From NCBI GenBank assembly GCA_026395935.1, contig JAPLXT010000056.1:1-43464 (forward strand): DNA of 43,464 nucleotides. Reading direction: 5' to 3'. Both the position numbers and the translations under genes were made by a program. Below, in pieces: positions 1 through 8,762 of this stretch. The notes under the pieces were generated by a model. It was not told the origin of the DNA. It did no database searches and saw nothing but the letters and a program-made list of their open reading frames with translations. This DNA is from Candidatus Nomurabacteria bacterium. GTDB taxonomy: Bacteria > Patescibacteriota > Minisyncoccia > Phycocordibacterales > UBA9973. Every line of letters starts with the position of its first letter. The first letter of the stretch is position 1.

Positions 1-762
1 GGTGGTGGTTGGGGTGGTTGTGAAGATACTCGTAATGTCATAATAGACGGGGTGCTGTACATGACTCTCAATCTTTTTAATGGATGGAGTTCTCTGCGAG
101 TGGGAGTGATCTCTATCAAAGAGACTGATTTACTAAATAAGAAATGGGGTTGGAGTCCTTTGTCCTACCTTTCTCATTTAGGGGATAGACAGAAGAATTG
201 GGTTCTATTTCCAGAGAAAATAAATGGTAAATTTGCAGTTTTCCACAATCTGGATCTAGGTGATCCATCACGAGTTGGTATTACTTATGTGAACAATCTC
301 GACACAAGTGAGACGCCGGTAGGTAGTGACCCAGACAGTAGAGCTCCAGATCCACAGAGACTACCTGACCATATAGTGGCTTGGCACAAACGTACTCGTA
401 GTGCATCCTGCCCTCCGATAAAAACTAAAGATGGTTGGCTGTTACTCTATCATGCGATGGATAAAGATGGTGATCGTTACAAACTCGGAGCAATGCTCCT
501 CGACCTAGAAGATCCAAGGAAAGTATTATACAGAGCAAGCAATCCAATACTTGAGCCAGACTTGTGGTACGAGAATGATTGGAAGCCGGGTATAATATAC
601 GCGAGTGGGGCAGTAGTCAAAAATGGGAAATTATTTGTGTATTATGGTGGAGGGGACAAGCATGTAGGGGTCGCTTCGATCAAACTCTCTACCTTGATAG
701 ATAGTCTAAAGAATGACGGTAAGACTCAATTAGAAAAAAATAATAAAATAGAATTATCATAA
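1..762 (+). CDS. GH130-family glycosidase/glycoside phosphorylase, 5'-truncated by window edge
   Basis: Frame 1 is open from nt 1 (GGGWGGCEDTRNV...), so the track start at 52 is internal. 'GCEDTR' aligns with the GCEDPR[VI] motifs of the next gene. The C-terminus (GWLLLYHA..LGAMLLDLEDP..GKLFVYYGGGDKHVGVA) is paralogous to both halves of 764..2698. Confidence 0.75.
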   Translation, partial: GGGWGGCEDTRNVIIDGVLYMTLNLFNGWSSLRVGVISIKETDLLNKKWGWSPLSYLSHLGDRQKNWVLFPEKINGKFAVFHNLDLGDPSRVGITYVNNLDTSETPVGSDPDSRAPDPQRLPDHIVAWHKRTRSASCPPIKTKDGWLLLYHAMDKDGDRYKLGAMLLDLEDPRKVLYRASNPILEPDLWYENDWKPGIIYASGAVVKNGKLFVYYGGGDKHVGVASIKLSTLIDSLKNDGKTQLEKNNKIELS

Positions 763-763
763 T

Positions 764-2698
764 ATGTACGTAGTAAAAAGATCTCGCCACAATCCAATCC
801 TCACTCCTGATAGAGATCACTATTGGGAAGAATTCGCCACCTTTAATATGTGCCCAATAAAAGTAGGGAAGAAAACTTATGGACTCTACCGTGCCATTTC
901 GGCGACAGACGATCTGATGAAGCAAAAGCAAATGTCTATTATAGGTATCGGGAAAAGTGAAGACGGTATTCACTTTAAGGACAGAGCTCCATTCCTTATC
1001 CCTATCAAGTCATGGGAGTCTCACGGATGTGAGGATCCACGAGTCACTTTCTTTGAGGGTAAGTACTACATCTTCTATACAGCAATTTCAGGCTTTCCTT
1101 TTGGTAAAGAGAATATCAAAGTCGCCGTCGGTGTCTCGAAAGATTTGAAAAAAGTAGAAGAGAGGCACCTCGTCACTCCATTCAATGCGAAAGCCATGAC
1201 CCTTTTCCCCGAACGCATAAATGGGAAAATCGTAGTCATCTTCTCCGCTCATACTGATATGCCTCCAGCAAAAGTATGTATTGCAAAATTGGATAAAATA
1301 GAACAACTCTGGGATGAAGTTTTTTGGGAAGAATGGATTAAGAATATAGATGGCTCAGCTGTCGACTTTACTCGTAATCCTTATGATCACCTAGAAGTCG
1401 GAGCTCCACCAGTCAAAACAAAGTATGGATGGCTACTCATCTATTCACATATTCAGAATTATTTCGGAGGGCCGGAACGCTTGGATAGAATTTTCGGTAT
1501 CGAAGCCCTCATGCTGGATATCAATGATCCAACTAAAATAATAGGTAGAACAAAAGGCCCAATACTAGTACCGGAGGAGAATTATGAATTGTTAGGCTAT
1601 ATCAATGATGTGATATTCCCGACTGGAGCTACTTTAGAGAAAGATAAACTCTCTATATATTATGGTGCAGCTGATACGACTGCTTGCGTGGCCCACGTCT
1701 CGCTCCTTGATCTAGTTCAAACTATGAATATAGACAAGACGGGAGAATGGGAATTCAAACGCTTCGCATCGAATCCGATTATAGCTCCTAAAAGTATTAA
1801 TAAATGGGAAGCGAAAGCGACTTTCAATCCAGCCGCCATTCACCTAGGAGGGAAGGTGCACATACTATATAGGACACTCTCGGATGACAACACATCATTC
1901 ATCGGCTATGCGGGGAGTTCAGATGGGTTTAACATAGATGAAAGACTAGACTTCCCAATATACTTACCGAGAGAAGATTTTGAAATGAAAAAAATTGCTA
2001 ATGGGAATTCTGGTTGTGAAGATCCGAGGATAACAAAGATAGGCAAGAATTTATTCATCTGCTATACAGCGTACGATAGTGTGAATCCACCAAAAGTTGC
2101 AGTTGCAAGTATCACTGAGAAGGATTTCTTGGCACACAATTGGAATTGGACAAAGCCATTCATCATTACCCCCGAAGGACTCGACGATAAAGATACTTGT
2201 ATTTTCCCTACGAAATTCAAAGAGGGTTACTTTATACTCCATCGTTTGAATAATGAAATGTGCGGTGACTATATGGAAGCTCTCGATGCTAGTGCACCGA
2301 AAGTTGATAAATGTATTCGTGTCATCGGTCCAAGAATGAATACTTGGGATAGTGCCAAGGTTGGAATCACAACACCACCGATCAGAACTAAATATGGCTG
2401 GCTACTCCTCTACCATGGAGTTTCGAAAAGTCACAATACTTACCGCGTAGGCGCTTTACTCCTTGACCTCAAGGATCCAGCGATAGTGCTCGCTCGATCA
2501 TCTGATCCGATATTCTCTCCAGAAGAAGATTATGAGAAAGTTGGTATAGTTCCGAACGTAGTTTTCCCTTGTGGAATGGTGGAAAGGGGAGGAAAACTTT
2601 TCATATACTATGGTGGAGCTGATAAAGTAGTCGGAGTAGCGACGATGAAGCTCTCCATCATCCTAGACGCGCTTGTGCGAGGTTCAAAACTCGAATAG
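764..2698 (+). CDS. Tandem double-domain GH130-family glycosidase/phosphorylase
   Basis: 644 aa with two complete copies of the same module. Each has GCEDPR(V/I), YGWLL(I/L)Y and a terminal (L/I)YYG(A/G)AD..(A/V)..V motif. Starts 1 nt after the previous stop. Confidence 0.75.
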   Translation: MYVVKRSRHNPILTPDRDHYWEEFATFNMCPIKVGKKTYGLYRAISATDDLMKQKQMSIIGIGKSEDGIHFKDRAPFLIPIKSWESHGCEDPRVTFFEGKYYIFYTAISGFPFGKENIKVAVGVSKDLKKVEERHLVTPFNAKAMTLFPERINGKIVVIFSAHTDMPPAKVCIAKLDKIEQLWDEVFWEEWIKNIDGSAVDFTRNPYDHLEVGAPPVKTKYGWLLIYSHIQNYFGGPERLDRIFGIEALMLDINDPTKIIGRTKGPILVPEENYELLGYINDVIFPTGATLEKDKLSIYYGAADTTACVAHVSLLDLVQTMNIDKTGEWEFKRFASNPIIAPKSINKWEAKATFNPAAIHLGGKVHILYRTLSDDNTSFIGYAGSSDGFNIDERLDFPIYLPREDFEMKKIANGNSGCEDPRITKIGKNLFICYTAYDSVNPPKVAVASITEKDFLAHNWNWTKPFIITPEGLDDKDTCIFPTKFKEGYFILHRLNNEMCGDYMEALDASAPKVDKCIRVIGPRMNTWDSAKVGITTPPIRTKYGWLLLYHGVSKSHNTYRVGALLLDLKDPAIVLARSSDPIFSPEEDYEKVGIVPNVVFPCGMVERGGKLFIYYGGADKVVGVATMKLSIILDALVRGSKLE

Positions 2699-2750
2699 TG
2701 GAATTAGTAAATTAATTTGATACTATATAGGTAAAGGCTCAAATAGCCTT

Positions 2751-4541
2751 ATGTTTTCGTTTATGGACAAAGAAAAAGACTACTCAAATCTTCACCGAAT
2801 GCTGGTGATCAAATATTTCTGGGCCGTCATGAAGCGATTTAAAATATCGTTTTTTAGCATTATCTTTTTCGTAATTGTTACAGCTGCTCTCGATATATTT
2901 ATACCACTTCAGTATTTAAGACTCTGGAATGTTTTGAGTGCCAACAAATTTGACCTCGTTAGCGTCGCGCAATCAATAATTCTTTTCATTCTTGCTTTGA
3001 ACCTTTTGCGTTGGCTTATGAGACGAATGGTAGGATTCTTCAATACTTATTTCCAAGCAAACGTCATGGCGGGCCTACGCGAGCAAGCCTTCTCCTACAT
3101 GATAGGGCATTCACATTCCTTCTTTGCAAATAATTTCGGTGGCTCGCTCACACAAAAAATAAATAAATACGCTAGAGCCTTCGAGAAGCTCATGGATAAA
3201 ATGGTGAACGATGGTTTACCACTCGTCATCAGATCTGTCGGAACCGTCTGGGCTATTTACACCCTATTACCAAAATATGCAATCATCTTGGCTATTTTCT
3301 GTGTTGTATTTTTAGTTACCGCCCTCATATATACACGATTCAAACTCAAGTACGATGTTATCGCCGCTCTGTCCGATACGAAGACGACGGGTGCACTCGC
3401 TGACTCCATAAGTAATCACTCGTCCATTCAACTTTTTGCTGGGCATGATTATGAAAGAGGTAGAGTTGGTGGCGTCATCCAAGATCAGAAGAAGGCGACA
3501 CTTTTCAACTGGTATCTATGGGAAGGGTTAGGATCTATTCAGGCTTTTTATTCAGTCTCTGTTGAATTTATAGTTTTCTGGATGGCTATTTCTGACTGGA
3601 GAGTAAGCTTGATAAGCCTACCTATAATAGTATTGCTCCAAAGTTATATGGCTCGCTTAACGGAAAATCTATGGGGATTCGCTGGAATCGTCCGTACTTT
3701 CTACGATGCGTTTGCTGATGCTCAGGAAATGGCGCTAGTACTCGATACTCCATATAGTGTTTGTGATAAAACTGAAGAGGAGATTAAAAATGTAAAAGGA
3801 AAAATTGTTTTCGATAACATCACATACATTTATGAGAATAATAATACAAAAGTTTTTGATAATTTCTCTTTGACAATAAAAGCTGGCGAAAAGATTGCCA
3901 TAGTCGGCTCGTCGGGGGCAGGGAAGTCAACCTTTGTGCGTCTACTTATGAGATTGTTTAATTTGGAAAAAGGAAAAATTTTGATCGATGGTGTAGACAT
4001 CGCAACTATTTCTCAGATGCATCTGCGTGAACAAATAGGTTTCGTACCGCAAGACCCAGTTCTCTTCCATAGAACTCTGATGGAGAATATTCGTTATGGA
4101 AGACGCAACGCTACAGATGAAGAAGTAATAAAAGCAGCTAACCTTGCGCATTGTGATGAATTCATTGATAATCTGCCACTCGGTTACGATACTTACGTCG
4201 GAGAAAGAGGAATTAAACTTTCCGGTGGTGAACGTCAACGCGTAGCTATTGCTCGTGCAATATTAAAGAATGCGCCGATACTTGTCCTCGATGAAGCAAC
4301 TTCAGCCCTAGACTCAGAATCAGAAATGCTTATCCAAGACGCACTCCATAACTTGATAGCAGGGAAGACTGTCATCGTCATCGCTCACAGACTCTCAACT
4401 ATCAGAGAGATGAATCGCATAATAGTAATTTCAGAAGGAAAAATAATTGAAGATGGTACGCATAATGAACTCCTAACTAAAGAAGATGGTATTTATAAAA
4501 AGCTTTGGAGTATCCAAGCTGGAGGATTTCAGATTAATTAG
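2751..4541 (+). CDS. ABC exporter, fused permease/ATPase (MsbA-like half transporter)
   Basis: N-terminal multi-TM domain, then Walker A GSSGAGKST, signature [14 protein letters not shown], Walker B ILVLDEATSALD and H-loop IAHRLST. Confidence 0.9.
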   Translation: MFSFMDKEKDYSNLHRMLVIKYFWAVMKRFKISFFSIIFFVIVTAALDIFIPLQYLRLWNVLSANKFDLVSVAQSIILFILALNLLRWLMRRMVGFFNTYFQANVMAGLREQAFSYMIGHSHSFFANNFGGSLTQKINKYARAFEKLMDKMVNDGLPLVIRSVGTVWAIYTLLPKYAIILAIFCVVFLVTALIYTRFKLKYDVIAALSDTKTTGALADSISNHSSIQLFAGHDYERGRVGGVIQDQKKATLFNWYLWEGLGSIQAFYSVSVEFIVFWMAISDWRVSLISLPIIVLLQSYMARLTENLWGFAGIVRTFYDAFADAQEMALVLDTPYSVCDKTEEEIKNVKGKIVFDNITYIYENNNTKVFDNFSLTIKAGEKIAIVGSSGAGKSTFVRLLMRLFNLEKGKILIDGVDIATISQMHLREQIGFVPQDPVLFHRTLMENIRYGRRNATDEEVIKAANLAHCDEFIDNLPLGYDTYVGERGIKLSGGERQRVAIARAILKNAPILVLDEATSALDSESEMLIQDALHNLIAGKTVIVIAHRLSTIREMNRIIVISEGKIIEDGTHNELLTKEDGIYKKLWSIQAGGFQIN

Positions 4542-4667
4542 GAACTATAAAAACGTAATAAAAATGTTCTCGAGCGAACCCTTACGGAGGCCGACGGGCC
4601 GAGTACGAGCAAAATTTTCAGCAGAAAATTATTGTGTGGTGAGTCCGAGAATTTTTTTATGTAGTTT

Positions 4668-5777
4668 TTATTTAATCTTTAAAACTATTATTTCTGGTGT
4701 TGTTCCTATACGAACTGGAGTCATGGCCGTACCGACACCTTCACTTGTGACGGACATGGTATTTGAAGTATTTGTAACTCCATAGAAATATTTACTATCG
4801 AGCATTTTCACTAAAATAGAAAAAGGGAAGAACTGTCCTTTGTGTGTGTGGCCAGATAGGACGAGGGATACTCCATCTGCCGCAAGCATTGGAATATCTT
4901 TTGGATCATGCATTAGAATAATGCTGGGAATATTTTTATTGTAACCTACCTTACTTAATTCTGTGGAAATCTCGTCTGCGGTTTTCCCTTCATTATAAGA
5001 AATGCCTATAATCTGTGTATCATTTACTATTACTTTTTTTTCTGTGACATTATTTAAATTCTTTGGAAGATTCTCTTTGAATATAGGGTATTCTTCACTG
5101 TATGCTTCATGATTCCCCTCGACATAGAAGTTGCCAAGTGGAGGATTGAGTAGGGAGATCGGAGCAAAACCTTCCTTATAAGGGAATGATGGACCATCTA
5201 TAAGGTCACCAATGTTGAAGGTGATGTCCGGCTTTTCGCTATTCATAATATCAACAACTTTTTTCATAAATTTACCCTGACGAATTATACCCAAATGAAC
5301 ATCGGAAATTATGACGATCTTCTTTCCTTTCCATAGTGGAGCAAGTGTAGGAGAAATTACTTCCATTCTCACAATGCGAGGATGATTCGCATTATAGATA
5401 CCATAAAGTATGACTAAGGTGGAAATGGTAATCAATATAAATGATATTAATTTGATTGGAAGATTAATATTAAAAGAATTATTGATAAGCATCAATAATA
5501 ATATAGTAGCTACTCCCATTAATAAGTATGTAAAGATCACAAGCCAGATACCACCCACTGCGTATATCCACGTATTAATAAGAGAGAAATGTTTTCCTCC
5601 GTAGAACATTGCCCCGACGAACATAGTCGGCAATAATACTCCTAATATTAAAATAATATTTTTCACGTACGGGTATTTAAAAGCGCCTAATGATCGAAAC
5701 GTGACGAATAGTAAATACTCACCAGAAATAGTTATAAATAAAAGAAGAATAGAAATGAAAATATATCGTAAGTACAT
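4668..5777 (-). CDS. Membrane-anchored calcineurin-like metallophosphoesterase
   Basis: About 4 N-terminal TM helices, then SDVHLG, GDLIDG, GNHE and SGHTH metallophosphoesterase motifs. Confidence 0.8.
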   Translation of the reverse strand: MYLRYIFISILLLFITISGEYLLFVTFRSLGAFKYPYVKNIILILGVLLPTMFVGAMFYGGKHFSLINTWIYAVGGIWLVIFTYLLMGVATILLLMLINNSFNINLPIKLISFILITISTLVILYGIYNANHPRIVRMEVISPTLAPLWKGKKIVIISDVHLGIIRQGKFMKKVVDIMNSEKPDITFNIGDLIDGPSFPYKEGFAPISLLNPPLGNFYVEGNHEAYSEEYPIFKENLPKNLNNVTEKKVIVNDTQIIGISYNEGKTADEISTELSKVGYNKNIPSIILMHDPKDIPMLAADGVSLVLSGHTHKGQFFPFSILVKMLDSKYFYGVTNTSNTMSVTSEGVGTAMTPVRIGTTPEIIVLKIK

Positions 5778-5780
5778 AAA

Positions 5781-6698
5781 TTATATTTTGTTATGTTTAA
5801 TTGATTTATAAAGGAAATATCCAATAATCATGAAAGTCAAAAGAGGGGAGACATAGTAAGGAATTTCTACTCCGAAAGAATCCATCATCATCACAATACC
5901 TAGAACGAAGATGGAATACATCGCGCCATTTTTAAGGAATACATATTTCTTTATTCTATCGATGTTTCCAATTGTAAGCTTTCTTAATACGAAAGCACCG
6001 AGACCATTACCGAGGATGATGAGAGGGACGGAGAGAGTGAAGGCGAAAGCACCGAGAACTCCATCGATAGAGAAAGTCATATCAATAATCTCAAGATAAA
6101 GAATTTTACTTATGTCACTTAGTTTGTTATCACCTGAAAGAAGTTTTTGTTCTCCTTTTTCTGCATTTTCTTTGAATCCATTAGTAATAAAGAAAGCAGT
6201 AGAACCAATGACAGCAGCAAAAGCAAGCATTGGATTTATTTTAATAGCGTACCAGACAGTGGTGGCTAGAAGTATAGAAACAAGAGCAAAGAACCAGACG
6301 CCATTGTTTTGGAAAAATCTCTCGTGATGAAGGCCGATAGTTTTCGGTTCAAGGAAAAGCCAATGAAAGAAAAGAAATATCAAGAAAATTCCACCACCTA
6401 AGAGTAGTACAGGGGCAGATTGTGCGACAGCAGCATGTATACTTGGGTCGTTCGAGAAGGCAGCAGTAAATGAGCCAATAGGACCGAGTGATGGCATGGT
6501 TGCCCAGATGATAGCCCAAGGAAGTAGTCCACGAACAACAAAAACAGCAAAGAAGAATCCATAAAGAAGGAACCATCTTCGACTCTTTTTTCCCATTGTG
6601 CCTAAAACTTCGGCATTTATAACAGCATTATCAACACTTGAAATAATTTCAAACAAACAAAGTCCCAAAACCGTGATTATGATTGTACTGAATGTCAT
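5781..6698 (-). CDS. Integral membrane protein, DUF475/TerC-superfamily-like
   Basis: Polytopic membrane protein with N-terminal 'EIISSVDNAVINAEVL' motif, recalled as typical of DUF475/TerC-like proteins. Family assignment is from memory only. Confidence 0.55.
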   Translation of the reverse strand: MTFSTIIITVLGLCLFEIISSVDNAVINAEVLGTMGKKSRRWFLLYGFFFAVFVVRGLLPWAIIWATMPSLGPIGSFTAAFSNDPSIHAAVAQSAPVLLLGGGIFLIFLFFHWLFLEPKTIGLHHERFFQNNGVWFFALVSILLATTVWYAIKINPMLAFAAVIGSTAFFITNGFKENAEKGEQKLLSGDNKLSDISKILYLEIIDMTFSIDGVLGAFAFTLSVPLIILGNGLGAFVLRKLTIGNIDRIKKYVFLKNGAMYSIFVLGIVMMMDSFGVEIPYYVSPLLTFMIIGYFLYKSIKHNKI

Positions 6699-6746
6699 AT
6701 TTCACTATTATACATAATTTATTAAGAAATGTTATAATTTAATTAT

Positions 6747-8468
6747 ATGAAAAGCGAGATAAAAACCTGCCAGAATTGTAAGCTTGAATTTGTCATTGAG
6801 CCTGATGATTTTTTGTTTTATGAGAAAATTAAGGTTCCAGCTCCGACTTTTTGTCCGGAATGCAGATTACAAAGAAGAGTTTCATTGAGAAATGAGAGAG
6901 CTTTTTATCATAGAAATTGTGATTTATGTAAAGAAAAAATAATTTCAGTATTTAATGATAAAAATTTGAAAGTTTATTGTCAGGGTTGTTGGGCAAGTGA
7001 TCAATGGGATTCTTCTAGTTATGCAGTAGATTATGATTTTTCCAAGAATTTTTTTGCGCAATATATTGAACTCTTTAAAAAGATTCCACTTATAAATTTA
7101 AATGGACATATTTCAAATAAAAATTCACCCTATGTAAATTACATAACAGAAGCCAATAATTCCTATTATTGTTTTGGTGGAAGTTATCTTGAAAATGTAA
7201 TGTTTTCTAATCTTGGTGTTCGAATAAAAGATTCAATGGAAATTCTATTTTCTGAAGATTGTCAATTTTGTTATGAAATATTAAATTGCAGTAGATGTTA
7301 TAGGTTATTTTATGGAAATAATTCTCAAGATTGCCTAGATAGTTATTTTTTACAAGATTGTGGTAATTGTCATGATTGTATAATGTCTTGTAATTTAAAA
7401 AATCAGTATTATGTTTTTAAAAATGAACAGTTGTCTAAAGAAGAATATTTAATAAAAAAAGAAGAATTTTTAAAACAATTAAATAATGATGTTTCAAAAC
7501 GGAAAAAAGAATTTGCTGAGCATATTATTGCTTATCCAAAAAAATTTGCAAATATATTAAGATCCCAATCTTCTACTGGGAACAATATTCTTGAGTGTGC
7601 CGATGTTAAATCAGGTTTTAATGTTTCTAAATGCCAAAATGGTAAATATAATCAAGATGTAGTTGGTTCAGCAAAGGATGTTTACGATGTAACTAGTATA
7701 GGATTAAATGTAGAAATGATATATGAATCCACTGGTATGAGCAAGAATATTAATAACATATTATTTTCATCTCTCGTAAGAGATAGTTCTTTTAATGTTA
7801 GTTATTCATTTCATTGTCATGGAAGTAGTAATCTCTTTGGATGTATAGGATTGAGGAAAAAACAATATTGCATCCTCAACCGCCAATACACCAAAGAAGC
7901 CTACGAAGAACTAATTCCCAAGATAATCCAGCACATGTCTGACATGCCCTACATAGATAGCAAGGGTAGAGTATACAAATACGGTGAATTCTTCCCAAGT
8001 GAACTCTCACCCTTTGCCTACAACGAAACCATAGCCCAAGAGTACTTCCCATTAACGAAAGAAGAAGCTATAGAACAAGGTTACAAATGGAAAGACAAGG
8101 AAGAACGTAACTATAGTATAGATATACATACAGAGGACCTCCCAGACTCTATTAAAGAAATACCTGATACTGATATCCTAAACAAAGTCATAGAATGTAA
8201 CCATAAAGGAACCTGCAATCAACAATGTACGGAAGCCTTTAAGATAATACCCGAAGAACTATCCTTCTACAGACGTATGAATCTACTTTTACCCAGACTC
8301 TGCCCTAATTGTAGACACTATGAACGTCTATCTCAACGAAACCCAATGAAATTATGGCACAGGAGCTGTATGAAGGAAGGCTGTACTAACGAATTTGAGA
8401 CCTCATATGCACCGGAGAGGCCTGAGATCGTGTATTGTGAGAAGTGCTATCAGCAGGAAGTATACTAG
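6747..8468 (+). CDS. Cys-rich multi-zinc-ribbon protein of unknown function
   Basis: 573 aa with many CxxC pairs. The N-terminal module (CQNC..FY..P..CPECRLQRR..RNE..YHRNC) recurs near the C-terminus (CNQQC..FY..P..CPNCRHYER..RNP..WHRSC). Confidence 0.5.
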   Translation: MKSEIKTCQNCKLEFVIEPDDFLFYEKIKVPAPTFCPECRLQRRVSLRNERAFYHRNCDLCKEKIISVFNDKNLKVYCQGCWASDQWDSSSYAVDYDFSKNFFAQYIELFKKIPLINLNGHISNKNSPYVNYITEANNSYYCFGGSYLENVMFSNLGVRIKDSMEILFSEDCQFCYEILNCSRCYRLFYGNNSQDCLDSYFLQDCGNCHDCIMSCNLKNQYYVFKNEQLSKEEYLIKKEEFLKQLNNDVSKRKKEFAEHIIAYPKKFANILRSQSSTGNNILECADVKSGFNVSKCQNGKYNQDVVGSAKDVYDVTSIGLNVEMIYESTGMSKNINNILFSSLVRDSSFNVSYSFHCHGSSNLFGCIGLRKKQYCILNRQYTKEAYEELIPKIIQHMSDMPYIDSKGRVYKYGEFFPSELSPFAYNETIAQEYFPLTKEEAIEQGYKWKDKEERNYSIDIHTEDLPDSIKEIPDTDILNKVIECNHKGTCNQQCTEAFKIIPEELSFYRRMNLLLPRLCPNCRHYERLSQRNPMKLWHRSCMKEGCTNEFETSYAPERPEIVYCEKCYQQEVY

Positions 8469-8486
8469 AGACAAAAATTTAGAAAA

Positions 8487-8531
8487 TCTGCCCCCGAAAA
8501 TTACAATTTTCGGGGGCAGATTTAATTTTTT
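8487..8531 (+). terminator. Intrinsic terminator after the Cys-rich gene
   Basis: Perfect 15-bp stem TCTGCCCCCGAAAAT (8487-8501) / ATTTTCGGGGGCAGA (8506-8520), 4-nt loop, then a T-rich tract. Confidence 0.85.
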
Positions 8532-8673
8532 TGACAAGTAAAAATTAGAGAGGGAAATAGCCTTTATTAGTAGTACTTTAACGGGTAAAATTTTACAAAA
8601 TTTTGTGGAAGATTGACGGATTCCTAATATTTTTACATAGTGTTGATTTTTGCAAATTTTATAAGAATTTTGC

Positions 8674-8703
8674 TTGTGGAATAACTTGTACCGGAGGTAT
8701 AAT
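8674..8703 (+). promoter_or_regulatory. Candidate sigma70-type promoter for nrdJ
   Basis: TTGTGG (8674-8679), 18-nt spacer, TATAAT (8698-8703), about 60 nt upstream of the nrdJ ATG. Confidence 0.35.
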
Positions 8704-8762
8704 ATAGACCCGCAAGATCAGGGGAAAATTATTGGAACATTATTAACTAAAATTTTATAAAC

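Noticed and set aside
4542-4667. GC-rich segment (GAGCGAACCCTTACGGAGGCCGACGGGCCGAGTACGAGC) and hairpin ATTTTC-AGCA-GAAAAT in the convergent intergenic region; possible tRNA or sRNA; track ORF 4486..4785
   Set aside because: No cloverleaf or T-loop (GGTTCGAATCC-like) can be drawn, and pairing in the GC-rich part is only short and imperfect. It is most simply terminator sequence for two convergent genes. The 99-aa ORF spans it without any coding signal.
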